Assembly: GCA_003660975.1 (NCBI GenBank) | Contig: QMVG01000003.1 | Span: forward strand, 1-64,000 | Origin: Candidatus Micrarchaeota archaeon | GTDB lineage: Archaea > B1Sed10-29 > B47-G15 | Reading direction: 5' to 3' | Length of the DNA: 64,000 bases | Shown: positions 20,702 to 29,240 of the stretch, piece after piece | Numbering within the stretch: position 1 is the stretch's first letter | How the letters are laid out: the number at the start of each line of letters is the position of its first letter | Notes under the pieces: generated by a model | What the model saw: only the letters and a program-made list of their open reading frames with translations | What the model was told of the DNA's origin: nothing | The model's database searches: none | Translations under genes and position numbers: made by a program

Positions 20702-21361
20702 ATGAAAAGAAAAAAGCAGAAGAGAAACAGTAAAATAAAGACGCTGAAAACATGGAACAGAGATGTTGCTATTGTTACATTTGTTGCTGTTTTTATGCTT
20801 CTTTCATTAACAGCTTTCGTAGGTATTCTGGTGTCTGGCATTTCAGATAATATAAGCAGGCTCAACAACAGAATCGCTGAGCTTGAAGAAGCATCTCATG
20901 CAGTGCAAATACCTGAGGACCAGAGCTGCTCTCTCGTTTGCTCTATAAACAGGAACATCACAGTGGACGTTCAGGCAAGCACTCAACCGCTTTGTATAGG
21001 TGATAAAGTGAAAATACTTGCCTTTTACAGCCCCACCTGCCCTTTCTCAGAATCACAAAGGCCTGTGCTGGAATCTCTGAAAGAAGAGTATGGAGATTCA
21101 CTTAATATCACATATATCTGCAAGTACATCCACCAGGGGGATGACCAAGAGTGCAGTAAGCAGGCTGATAAGTTCGATTATGGTTACTCAGATGGGATTG
21201 CTTTGCAGAAGAAATACGGGGTTGAAAGGGACGGAACTCCAGTATTAATTTTTGACTGTGGCATAAAAAGGTTAGGCAGTTTGGCCCAGAGGTATGGGGC
21301 AGAGATGGAAAAAGAAGACCTTAAAAAGATAATTGATGAACTTCTCAAACTAAACTCATAA
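20702..21361 (+). CDS. Membrane-anchored thioredoxin/glutaredoxin-fold protein (CPFS)
   Basis: N-terminal TM, FYSPTCPFS, cis-Pro motif GTPVLIF. Confidence 0.7.
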   Translation: MKRKKQKRNSKIKTLKTWNRDVAIVTFVAVFMLLSLTAFVGILVSGISDNISRLNNRIAELEEASHAVQIPEDQSCSLVCSINRNITVDVQASTQPLCIGDKVKILAFYSPTCPFSESQRPVLESLKEEYGDSLNITYICKYIHQGDDQECSKQADKFDYGYSDGIALQKKYGVERDGTPVLIFDCGIKRLGSLAQRYGAEMEKEDLKKIIDELLKLNS

Positions 21362-21997
21362 GAGCCGGATTAATACTGCTATGTGGTCCTTATCAAAAGG
21401 CCTTAGATCTACTTTCTCCAATATTTCCACACCTGATGCCCTTATTTTTTCCAACTCTCTTTTAAATATTATCTTACTGTCTTCAGCCACATCTATGCTT
21501 CTTGCTTTTATCATTATCAGGCCATAGCCCCCTCTTTTTAAAAACTGTTTTACATTTTTGATAAATATCTCCGCTTGGTTTTTTTGAGACACATCTTGAT
21601 ACAAAAAATCAACACTATCAACTATATTTGCATATCTTTCAGGGTAATTGGCGTCCTCTAATATAGGAATGAGGTTTTTTCTCTCTTCACATAAAAAAAG
21701 CAGTTTTTCAAATGGTTTGCTGGCTATCTCAACACAATAAATAACACCGTTGACAGCAATATCGCTTATATGCGAAACAGTGGTTCCTTGCGCAGCTCCT
21801 AAGTAAAGTATGCTTGAGTTTTCGTTTATTGGAATTGTTTTTAGGCCTTTTAATATGGCAGCGGCCAGTTTTGACCTGAATGGGTCCCATTCCCTGAATT
21901 CTTCACTATCTATTTTTACTAATTTCTCGCCGTAGACGCTCTTTCCAGGTATTAAATTTTTAGTGTACAGTTTTTTTCCTTTTCTTATAATTCTCAT
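21356..21997 (-). CDS. flpA: Fibrillarin-like rRNA/tRNA 2'-O-methyltransferase
   Basis: VYGE, WDPFRSKLAAAI, LYLGAAQGTTVSHISD and IKARSID motifs. Confidence 0.97.
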   Translation of the reverse strand: MRIIRKGKKLYTKNLIPGKSVYGEKLVKIDSEEFREWDPFRSKLAAAILKGLKTIPINENSSILYLGAAQGTTVSHISDIAVNGVIYCVEIASKPFEKLLFLCEERKNLIPILEDANYPERYANIVDSVDFLYQDVSQKNQAEIFIKNVKQFLKRGGYGLIMIKARSIDVAEDSKIIFKRELEKIRASGVEILEKVDLRPFDKDHIAVLIRLL

Positions 21998-22676
21998 AGG
22001 CGAGCACCGCCAAAATTAACACAGCTAAACTCCATATAAACAGCAAAGCTGCATCATCTTTTTTATTTTTTAGGACAAATTTTTGGCTTATTATTTTTTC
22101 AACAATTTGCCTGCTTTTGCAATAGTCCATTACATTTGAATCTGATACATTTATATCAAAAAACCAATGCGTAGTCCTGTTCTCTACCCAGGCCCCGTAG
22201 CTATAATATATTGGTCTTACGTAAGCTGAATGGTTTAGAGGGATTTTTATGGCATAATATCCTTTCGGCATTTCGGCTGTGAACTCAAAGCGCTGTCTCA
22301 CCTTTCTTATGCTTTCAGGCTGCAATCTTTGGCATATGCTGTCAACAAAGCCAACGCTTCCCACAAGTAATGAGTTAGCCTCAAGCTTTGATATCCCTTT
22401 GATCCTGCCGTTAAAGCTGATAAGGAGGGCACTGCTGTTTTCATATATGCTGTAATTATCTATTACCAACATACCTGCTCTTCTGCTGACTACATCAAAG
22501 CTGTCGTTTACAGAGTTTAGCCAGTTGTCCATAATGTCTTGCCAGTCGTGCTGGTAAACTTCAGTATAATGAGCATAATCTTCTCCATTTGGCTTTATCT
22601 CGTATATGGCAGTGGTCCTTATGTCGTAAGCCATGGTCACGGATAAAAGCAAAACAACTAAAATAAATCTTTTCAT
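21960..22676 (-). CDS. Hypothetical secreted protein with C-terminal membrane anchor
   Basis: Signal peptide MKRFILVVLLLSVTMA; C-terminal TM followed by a basic tail. Confidence 0.7.
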   Translation of the reverse strand: MKRFILVVLLLSVTMAYDIRTTAIYEIKPNGEDYAHYTEVYQHDWQDIMDNWLNSVNDSFDVVSRRAGMLVIDNYSIYENSSALLISFNGRIKGISKLEANSLLVGSVGFVDSICQRLQPESIRKVRQRFEFTAEMPKGYYAIKIPLNHSAYVRPIYYSYGAWVENRTTHWFFDINVSDSNVMDYCKSRQIVEKIISQKFVLKNKKDDAALLFIWSLAVLILAVLAYENYKKRKKTVH

Positions 22677-23287
22677 AGTTTTCTCACCACATCGCATATC
22701 TCCTTGAAATCCCAAACAACCGCATCTGCTTTTTTGTCTTCTCTTCTGAAGGATATGCTTTTTATACCTGCCCTGACAGCTGCTTCTATGTCATATGCTT
22801 GATCTCCCACATAGACGCAGTTTTCTTTTTTAACGCTCAATTGCCTGCATAACAGAAGAAGTCCGTCTGGCTCTGGCTTTTGTTTTTTTACCATGTCCCC
22901 TCCAATTATAAGAGAAAAAAAGCAATCAATTCCCTTTAATTGTGCAATCTTTTTAGCAGTATGGCTTGACGTGTTAGTTACAATCCCCAATTTGTAATCA
23001 TTGGACAATCTCCCCAAGATTTCCACTTCGTTTGTAAAAAGCCCTATTTTGTCCAAATGCCTTTCAAAAGCCGAGTGGCATTCTTTTATAAAATCACCCA
23101 TATGCTCCTGCTCAACAAATCTCAAAGACCATTCAAACATGCTCTTTCCCCAGCAGATATCTTGGAATTCAGAGTAGCTTAATGCCTTACCTGTAAACCT
23201 TTCAACTGTTTCCCTTATTGTGAGATACCAGGCATCTTTGCTGTCTATAAGGGTGCCATCCATGTCAAATGCAATCGCTCTTATCAT
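22673..23287 (-). CDS. HAD-superfamily hydrolase (phosphoglycolate phosphatase-like)
   Basis: FDMDGTL, KPEPD and YVGDQAYD motifs. Confidence 0.9.
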   Translation of the reverse strand: MIRAIAFDMDGTLIDSKDAWYLTIRETVERFTGKALSYSEFQDICWGKSMFEWSLRFVEQEHMGDFIKECHSAFERHLDKIGLFTNEVEILGRLSNDYKLGIVTNTSSHTAKKIAQLKGIDCFFSLIIGGDMVKKQKPEPDGLLLLCRQLSVKKENCVYVGDQAYDIEAAVRAGIKSISFRREDKKADAVVWDFKEICDVVRKL

Positions 23288-23309
23288 ATAAGCACCGTCA
23301 GAAAAAGGT

Positions 23310-24038
23310 TTATGTGCCCTTTATTTTCGCTATTTCCTCTTCCAGCTCTTTCCTTAGCTTATCACCAATAAACTCTCCTTTGAAGTAGTCTATTCTGGCA
23401 ACCATACTTATCTTACTGGCAATTTTTCTGGCAATTTTTCCCCTGAGCTTTTTAGGTGCAGTTCTCAGTTCAGGAAAGGCAAATATATATCCATGCTTGG
23501 GCGATTTTGTTTTTTTCCTTATATGAGCAAAAAGGGCCTTTTCAGCTCCAAGAACCTGTATTGTTGAAGAAGGATACTCAGCTAATTTTTTCAGAGAACC
23601 AGCAGCGCTTATTAATCTAGCACCTAACATTGCGCCTGCCACTGCTGTTATATTGGGGGCCTCTTCTTCCATGACTTTTTCGAGGTATTGCTCCAGTACC
23701 CTCCTTTCGTCTCTTAGCTCTTTTACTATACTTGCAAAGCGCTTAATCCTGTTGAGATCCTCTTCTGTAAGCTTAGCCCCAAGAGATGTAGTGGGTCTGT
23801 CTTTTTCCAAGACGGTTTCTATATATGCATCTAAATCCTTTGCCTTCTGAGACAATTCTGGGTAATATATAGCATACCAGTGTCTTAGTTTTTCAAAGAG
23901 AAGGTTGCTGCTCTTATCAAGCTCGTCTATAGCCTTTACCACATAAACAATCAGCTTGTCTCTCTTTATTAATTCTTTTTTTATCTTTTCTCTAACAGCC
24001 TGCAATGCTTTTTTTCTTTTTTCTTCCAAGTTGTTCAT
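23310..24038 (-). CDS. nop5: Box C/D RNP protein Nop5 (Nop56/58), short form
   Basis: WYAIYYPEL, APN, PSSTIQVLGAEKALF, PKHG and RGKIAR motifs. Confidence 0.95.
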   Translation of the reverse strand: MNNLEEKRKKALQAVREKIKKELIKRDKLIVYVVKAIDELDKSSNLLFEKLRHWYAIYYPELSQKAKDLDAYIETVLEKDRPTTSLGAKLTEEDLNRIKRFASIVKELRDERRVLEQYLEKVMEEEAPNITAVAGAMLGARLISAAGSLKKLAEYPSSTIQVLGAEKALFAHIRKKTKSPKHGYIFAFPELRTAPKKLRGKIARKIASKISMVARIDYFKGEFIGDKLRKELEEEIAKIKGT

Positions 24039-24128
24039 GATTATGTTTTATGCATACTCTAATTAAAAAGGATACCATAAGTTTTTTAATTTCATTTCTC
24101 TTAAATTCAATGTCTCAAATTCTGCAAG

Positions 24129-26963
24129 GTGTTGGTTATTGCTGAGCAGTATGATTATATCTCAGTTGAGAAGAAGTGGCAAGAGGAATGGGCAGCTGCT
24201 GGCATAGGTGAAGCAGAGCCAGACCTAAAAAAGGATAAATTCTTTTTGATATTTGCATACCCAAATCCTACTGGCTACTTGCATACTGGCCACATGAGGG
24301 GTTTTTCTTACGCGGATATAATAGCAAGATATAACAGAATGAAGGGCTATAATGTCTTATTTCCATTCGGAGTCCATGCAACTGGAAATGGTGCAATGGG
24401 CGTTTCTATAAAAATAAAAAGAGATCCTGACTGGATTGAGTATCTCAAAAAGGGCGGAGCTTCTAGTGATGATATAAAAAGAATGGCTGATGACCCCATT
24501 TATGTGGTTGAGTATTTTAAGAAAAATTTCACCCAACAGTTCAAAGCTTTTGGTTTTTTGATGGATTGGCGCAGAACGCTCACCACAATTGATGATGGCT
24601 ACAAAAGGTTCATACAGTGGCAGTTTATGAAATTGAACGAAAAGAAACTGCTTGTTCAAAAGCCATACTACACCACATTCTGTGTGAGGTGTGGGCCCGT
24701 TGCTGTTGACCCTGCTGAGATGGAAATTTCAAAAGGAGGCAATGCCGAAAAGCTGGAGTTTACACTTTTAAAGTTTAAGTTTGGTGATGCTTACCTAATC
24801 GCTGCAACACTGAGGCCAGAGACAGTATATGGTCAAACCAATCTCTGGGTAGACCCAGATGAAACTTACGTTAAGGCAAAGGTGGATAGCGAAATCTGGA
24901 TAGTTAGTAGACAATGTGCAGAGAAACTGAAATATCAAAAGGACAAGGTAGAAATTATTGCTGAAGTGAAAGGAAATGAGCTTGTAGGTAAAAAGTGCGT
25001 AGCTCCTATGATTCACAGGGAAATTCCTATTTTGCCTTCTCACTTTTGCGATCCCAATATAGGAACAGGCATAGTAACCTCTGTGCCTTCTGATGCTCCT
25101 TACGACTATATTGCATTAGAGGATTTGAAGAGGAATAAGGAAGAGCAGAAGAGGTATAATTTAAAGCCAGAAGACGTTAACTTGGAGGTTATAAAGATAA
25201 TAAGTTCTCCAAGATTTGGTGATTTCGCTGCCAAAAAAGCCTGCGAAGAGTTTAATATAAAATCACAATTTGATAAGGAAAAATTAGAAGAGGCAACTCA
25301 AGAGGTTTACAAGGATGGATTTCATTCTGGCAGGTTAAACGAGAACTGCGGGAAGTATGCAGGCATGCCTGTTTCTGTTGCAAAGGACAAAGTTAAGGAA
25401 GAGTTAATTGAAATGGGAGAAGCAGACATCATGTATGACCTTTCTGAGGAGGTGATATGCAGGTGTGGTGCTCCAGTAATTATAAAGAGAGTCGATGACC
25501 AGTGGTTCATAAGGTATTCTGACGCTGAGCTTACAGAAAGAAGCAAGGAACATGTTGAGAACATGAACATCTATCCAGAGGATTACAAAAAGAACCTACC
25601 AGCTGTTCTGGATTGGTTCCAGGACAGGGCCTGCACAAGAATGGGAAATCTCTTGGGCACTCCTTTCCCATTTGATGAGAGGTGGATAATAGAGCCAATA
25701 GCAGACTCAACATTGTATCCGATGTATTACACCATCTCGAAATATGTTAATCAAGGCCTTGTAAAAGCAGAAGAAATGGATGAGGGGTGGTTTGATTACG
25801 TATTTTTGGGAAGAGGCAGGCCGAGGAATGAAATCCATAAAAGGATAAGGGAAGAGTATGAATATTGGTATCCACTAGATATAAATGTCGGGGGCAAGGA
25901 ACACCAAACAGTTCATTTTCCTGTTTTTGTAATGAACCACGTAGCTATCTTAAAAGAACAACACTGGCCTAGAGGGATTTTCGTTAACTGGTGGGTAACT
26001 GGAAAAGGAGGGAAGCTAAGCAAATCAAAGGGAGGCGTTGAAGCAATCCCTGATGCTGCTGAAAGGTATTCAGTTGACGCTATGAGGTTATATTACAGCC
26101 ATGTTGCTTCTCCTTTTGTTGATATGGCATGGGACCCAGAAGCAATAATCCCATATAGAAACCAGATAAAAAGATTCTACAGCCTTGTTAAAAATTTCAT
26201 TGAAAGAGCTAAGGACAGTGAGAAGAGAAAAGACATAGATAGGTGGTTGCTGTCTCGCCTAAACAGACGGCTTTTAGAGGCCAATGAAGCTATGAGCGTT
26301 TATGACCTTAAGAGGGCCGTAGATAATCTTTTCTTTGCACTAATTTCAGATGTTAACTGGTATATGAGGAGAGGAGGGAAAAACAAGGATGTTGCAATGT
26401 CCTTCACAGAATCGTGGTTAAAGGCTTTGACACCTTTTATTCCTCATGTTTGCGAGGAGTTGTGGCAGGAGCTTGGAAATAAATCTTTCATCTCTATGGA
26501 AAAGTGGCCAGAAGCAAACAAAGAACTGGTAGATGAGGAGGCAGAACTTTTAGAAGACATCTTACAGTCATTGATAGATGACATTAGCAATATTGAGAAG
26601 CTTACGAATAGGAAGGCCTCTAAGGTTCATATTTTCGTAGCCCCAGACTGGAAGAGAGAAGCATATAAGAAGGCCTCAGCTGTGAAAAACCCGAAACAGC
26701 TGATATCTGAACTTATGAAAGATGAGGAGATAAAAAAACACGGTAAGGAGGCAGTTCAGTTTGCAAACTGGTTGGCAAGACACGCCAATAATTTGAGTAC
26801 TATGGTGCTTTCCCAGGATAGAGAGATCCAATTTTTGCAAGAAGCAAAAGAGTACCTCTCATCTCTGTTTAACGCCGAGTTTTTCATACGCCCTGCAGAA
26901 GGCTCTGGAAATCAGAAAGCAAAGTCAGCAGTGCCTATGAAGCCTGCTGTGTATATTGAATAA
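24129..26963 (+). CDS. leuS: Leucine--tRNA ligase (archaeal type)
   Basis: AYPNPTGYLHTGH, ATLRPET, GTGIVTSVPSDAPYD, KLSKSKG and terminal PMKPAVYIE. Confidence 0.96.
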   Translation: MLVIAEQYDYISVEKKWQEEWAAAGIGEAEPDLKKDKFFLIFAYPNPTGYLHTGHMRGFSYADIIARYNRMKGYNVLFPFGVHATGNGAMGVSIKIKRDPDWIEYLKKGGASSDDIKRMADDPIYVVEYFKKNFTQQFKAFGFLMDWRRTLTTIDDGYKRFIQWQFMKLNEKKLLVQKPYYTTFCVRCGPVAVDPAEMEISKGGNAEKLEFTLLKFKFGDAYLIAATLRPETVYGQTNLWVDPDETYVKAKVDSEIWIVSRQCAEKLKYQKDKVEIIAEVKGNELVGKKCVAPMIHREIPILPSHFCDPNIGTGIVTSVPSDAPYDYIALEDLKRNKEEQKRYNLKPEDVNLEVIKIISSPRFGDFAAKKACEEFNIKSQFDKEKLEEATQEVYKDGFHSGRLNENCGKYAGMPVSVAKDKVKEELIEMGEADIMYDLSEEVICRCGAPVIIKRVDDQWFIRYSDAELTERSKEHVENMNIYPEDYKKNLPAVLDWFQDRACTRMGNLLGTPFPFDERWIIEPIADSTLYPMYYTISKYVNQGLVKAEEMDEGWFDYVFLGRGRPRNEIHKRIREEYEYWYPLDINVGGKEHQTVHFPVFVMNHVAILKEQHWPRGIFVNWWVTGKGGKLSKSKGGVEAIPDAAERYSVDAMRLYYSHVASPFVDMAWDPEAIIPYRNQIKRFYSLVKNFIERAKDSEKRKDIDRWLLSRLNRRLLEANEAMSVYDLKRAVDNLFFALISDVNWYMRRGGKNKDVAMSFTESWLKALTPFIPHVCEELWQELGNKSFISMEKWPEANKELVDEEAELLEDILQSLIDDISNIEKLTNRKASKVHIFVAPDWKREAYKKASAVKNPKQLISELMKDEEIKKHGKEAVQFANWLARHANNLSTMVLSQDREIQFLQEAKEYLSSLFNAEFFIRPAEGSGNQKAKSAVPMKPAVYIE

Positions 26964-26996
26964 TAAATAAGAGAAAAAGAAGAAAGTTGTTTTTTC

Positions 26997-27935
26997 TTAT
27001 CCTGCTACGCCTGTTATAGTGAGCGTTCCGCTGTATGAACCGGTTGCTGTTCCAGTTGGCACTCTTACCTTCCATGCTATTGTTTTCGTAGGTCCTGTGT
27101 AGAAATTGCTGTCAGTGTCTGCTCTGTCTCTTAAGTTGAAGTCAGCCCAAGACCAAGCACTGCTTTCTAGCTGTCTTGGGCTTGAATCTGGGTCTGCAGA
27201 TTTGCTGCCTACTTTGGTGGGACCTCCGTAAACGCTTTTGTTGAATGTTATGTTCGTGCTGTCTATTGTGCCTGAGCCGGTAAGGTCTGTTCCAGAAATC
27301 TGGACATCTACTTGCCTATTTCCAACATTTATTATCTTAGTGAAGTTGGCAACGCTTGAGTTCTGCCCAGCTGCTATAGAGCCAAAGTCAAGGTCATTTC
27401 CTGGGTTGTTGCCTCCTCCAGGATATGTGCCGTTTATCTCTATGGTGACCAATGAAGGACTTGTTGCTGACTGGGTTGGACTATCATCGTGAGCTCCTGA
27501 GCTGTCACTTGTATAAGGATAACAATACCACGTTCCATAATCCGCATAGTAATCTACAAGGAATCGGCATCTTACATTAGCTGTGTTTGAACCTCCCTGT
27601 GTTTTTGTGCACGCAGGGGATGGAGTGTAATGGGTATCCTCATCAGCACCAGCAGTTCTTCCAGATAAGCTGAAGTTGGCTGAAGCAGTTGATATGTCGC
27701 TATAACCATTTGCATCGTAAACATCAAATGTACATACAACGAGATGGTTGTATTCGTGAGCAGAAAGTGATGAGAAGTTGCTTATTTGCACATTTGAAAT
27801 GGATGGAGCCACATTACCAACATTTAGGCTCATAGATGCAGTGTCAGCATAGTATGTGTTCACAAAAGCCAGGAACATTACAAATAAACTTAGTATAATG
27901 ACCTGTAGCACACCTATAAACGCCCCCGATCTCAT
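26997..27935 (-). CDS. Secreted beta-sandwich surface protein, WxL-like/pilin-like small subunit
   Basis: Signal peptide and no C-terminal anchor; LDFGSI..., IINVGN and WKVRVPTGTATGSYSGTLTITG C-terminus; paralogous to the C-terminus of 29241-33047. Confidence 0.65.
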   Translation of the reverse strand: MRSGAFIGVLQVIILSLFVMFLAFVNTYYADTASMSLNVGNVAPSISNVQISNFSSLSAHEYNHLVVCTFDVYDANGYSDISTASANFSLSGRTAGADEDTHYTPSPACTKTQGGSNTANVRCRFLVDYYADYGTWYCYPYTSDSSGAHDDSPTQSATSPSLVTIEINGTYPGGGNNPGNDLDFGSIAAGQNSSVANFTKIINVGNRQVDVQISGTDLTGSGTIDSTNITFNKSVYGGPTKVGSKSADPDSSPRQLESSAWSWADFNLRDRADTDSNFYTGPTKTIAWKVRVPTGTATGSYSGTLTITGVAG

Positions 27936-27947
27936 TAATCTACCCCC

Positions 27948-29198
27948 TCATTTCCTCAGTTTAGACAATATTATTATCAGTCCTATGATTATCACTACAA
28001 TAAAGCCCATCATATATAAATTACTTTCTATTTCCTTTCTTTTTATCTTACTACCTGGGAGTAGTATTTCTTTGGTTAGCCACCCTGTGTCTTTTACATT
28101 TTCATTTACATAGGAATCTGAAGCCGAATAGCTTATCTTTGCTTTTATTACATATGGACCATCATATTCAGGAGTGTAGTAAATGGTGAAATTCTTTGTG
28201 TAACCTACATCCACTTCTATATATTCTGTTTCCCCATGATAAACCAGTTTATTTCCAATATCTTTCTCATATATGTCTGTGCTCATTTTGGCTTTTAGCG
28301 CCTTCTTTCCCGTATTTCTAAAAGAAGCAGTGATTTTGATTGGATATCCTGCTTTCGAGTAATCAACATCAAATTTATCGACCTGGCCAAGCAGCGTCCA
28401 GAAGCCAGGACTCAAAACCTCTACTACAACACTTACGTTATACACAGGTTCATTTGCTTCAGTCAAGTCTTTTCTCTCCTTAAATACCTCTATATCTAAA
28501 CTGTAATTGTCTGGCTTTATGTCGGTCCCAAGATTGACCTTTTTTATGCCTTCTGCTATCTCGTTAGGTTCAAGCTCACCAACATCTATGTTATAAGAGC
28601 GGAACACTCTGGATGAGGGAATACCCGTAAGTTTGCTTATCTTTCTTAAGTTAAGAACTATCACAGGATTCAACTTGACATTTCCACTATTGTATATCTT
28701 ATAGTTTACAGCCATAGGCAAGCCGTATTCTGTGCTTCTGGCACCTACTGCATAGACTTTTATAGACTTTGACTCATTGCCAACTACTGTTATATTCATC
28801 TTTACACTTGCTCCCACAAAAATTTTCATTCCAAGACCTTCATACTTTTTCGTTTCACTTGTGGCAATAATCAGGGCAGTAACGAGACCGTCATACGAAT
28901 GAGAAGGAGTGCTTTTTGGCGGCTGTATCCAGATTTTCACGATTTTCCTGCTGTATGAAGGTATGTCAAAAAGCGTTTCATTTGCAGTACAAAAATCCCT
29001 TATGTCCCCAGTTATGCTAACATTCACTGTGACTGTGAAATTATTGTTGTTGAGCACAGTGATCTCTCTGAAGGTTCTCCCACCTTTGAGAGCGTTATCA
29101 ATCGCGATTTCTCCAGGAGAAACCCCTATTGTGATGGCTTTTCCCGTGCTTACAACAAACAATAACATCAGTACCAAGATTGTAATATTTTTATTCAT
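27948..29198 (-). CDS. Secreted multi-Ig protein with C-terminal TM, WxL-interacting (DUF916-like)/PapD-chaperone-like
   Basis: Signal peptide; IGVSPGEI...ITVLN start; YNSGNV and FRNTGK Ig-type motifs; C-terminal TM + KLRK; AGGAGG-like SD upstream. Confidence 0.6.
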   Translation of the reverse strand: MNKNITILVLMLLFVVSTGKAITIGVSPGEIAIDNALKGGRTFREITVLNNNNFTVTVNVSITGDIRDFCTANETLFDIPSYSRKIVKIWIQPPKSTPSHSYDGLVTALIIATSETKKYEGLGMKIFVGASVKMNITVVGNESKSIKVYAVGARSTEYGLPMAVNYKIYNSGNVKLNPVIVLNLRKISKLTGIPSSRVFRSYNIDVGELEPNEIAEGIKKVNLGTDIKPDNYSLDIEVFKERKDLTEANEPVYNVSVVVEVLSPGFWTLLGQVDKFDVDYSKAGYPIKITASFRNTGKKALKAKMSTDIYEKDIGNKLVYHGETEYIEVDVGYTKNFTIYYTPEYDGPYVIKAKISYSASDSYVNENVKDTGWLTKEILLPGSKIKRKEIESNLYMMGFIVVIIIGLIIILSKLRK

Positions 29199-29240
29199 AC
29201 ACTCCCTCCTTTAAATTTTCTGCAGCGATGTTTTTAATCA

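Noticed and set aside
20502-20868. Short ORFs overlapping 20574-20683
   Set aside because: They are shadow ORFs over the tRNA-Ile gene and the next CDS
20356-24128. Box C/D guide sRNAs near fibrillarin/nop5
   Set aside because: No convincing RUGAUGA...CUGA pair was seen in the intergenic gaps
27850-27935. Type IV pilin (class III) signal peptide on the small subunit
   Set aside because: The match to the prepilin cleavage motif is poor, and no pilus ATPase, TadC or prepilin peptidase is nearby; a Sec signal is more likely
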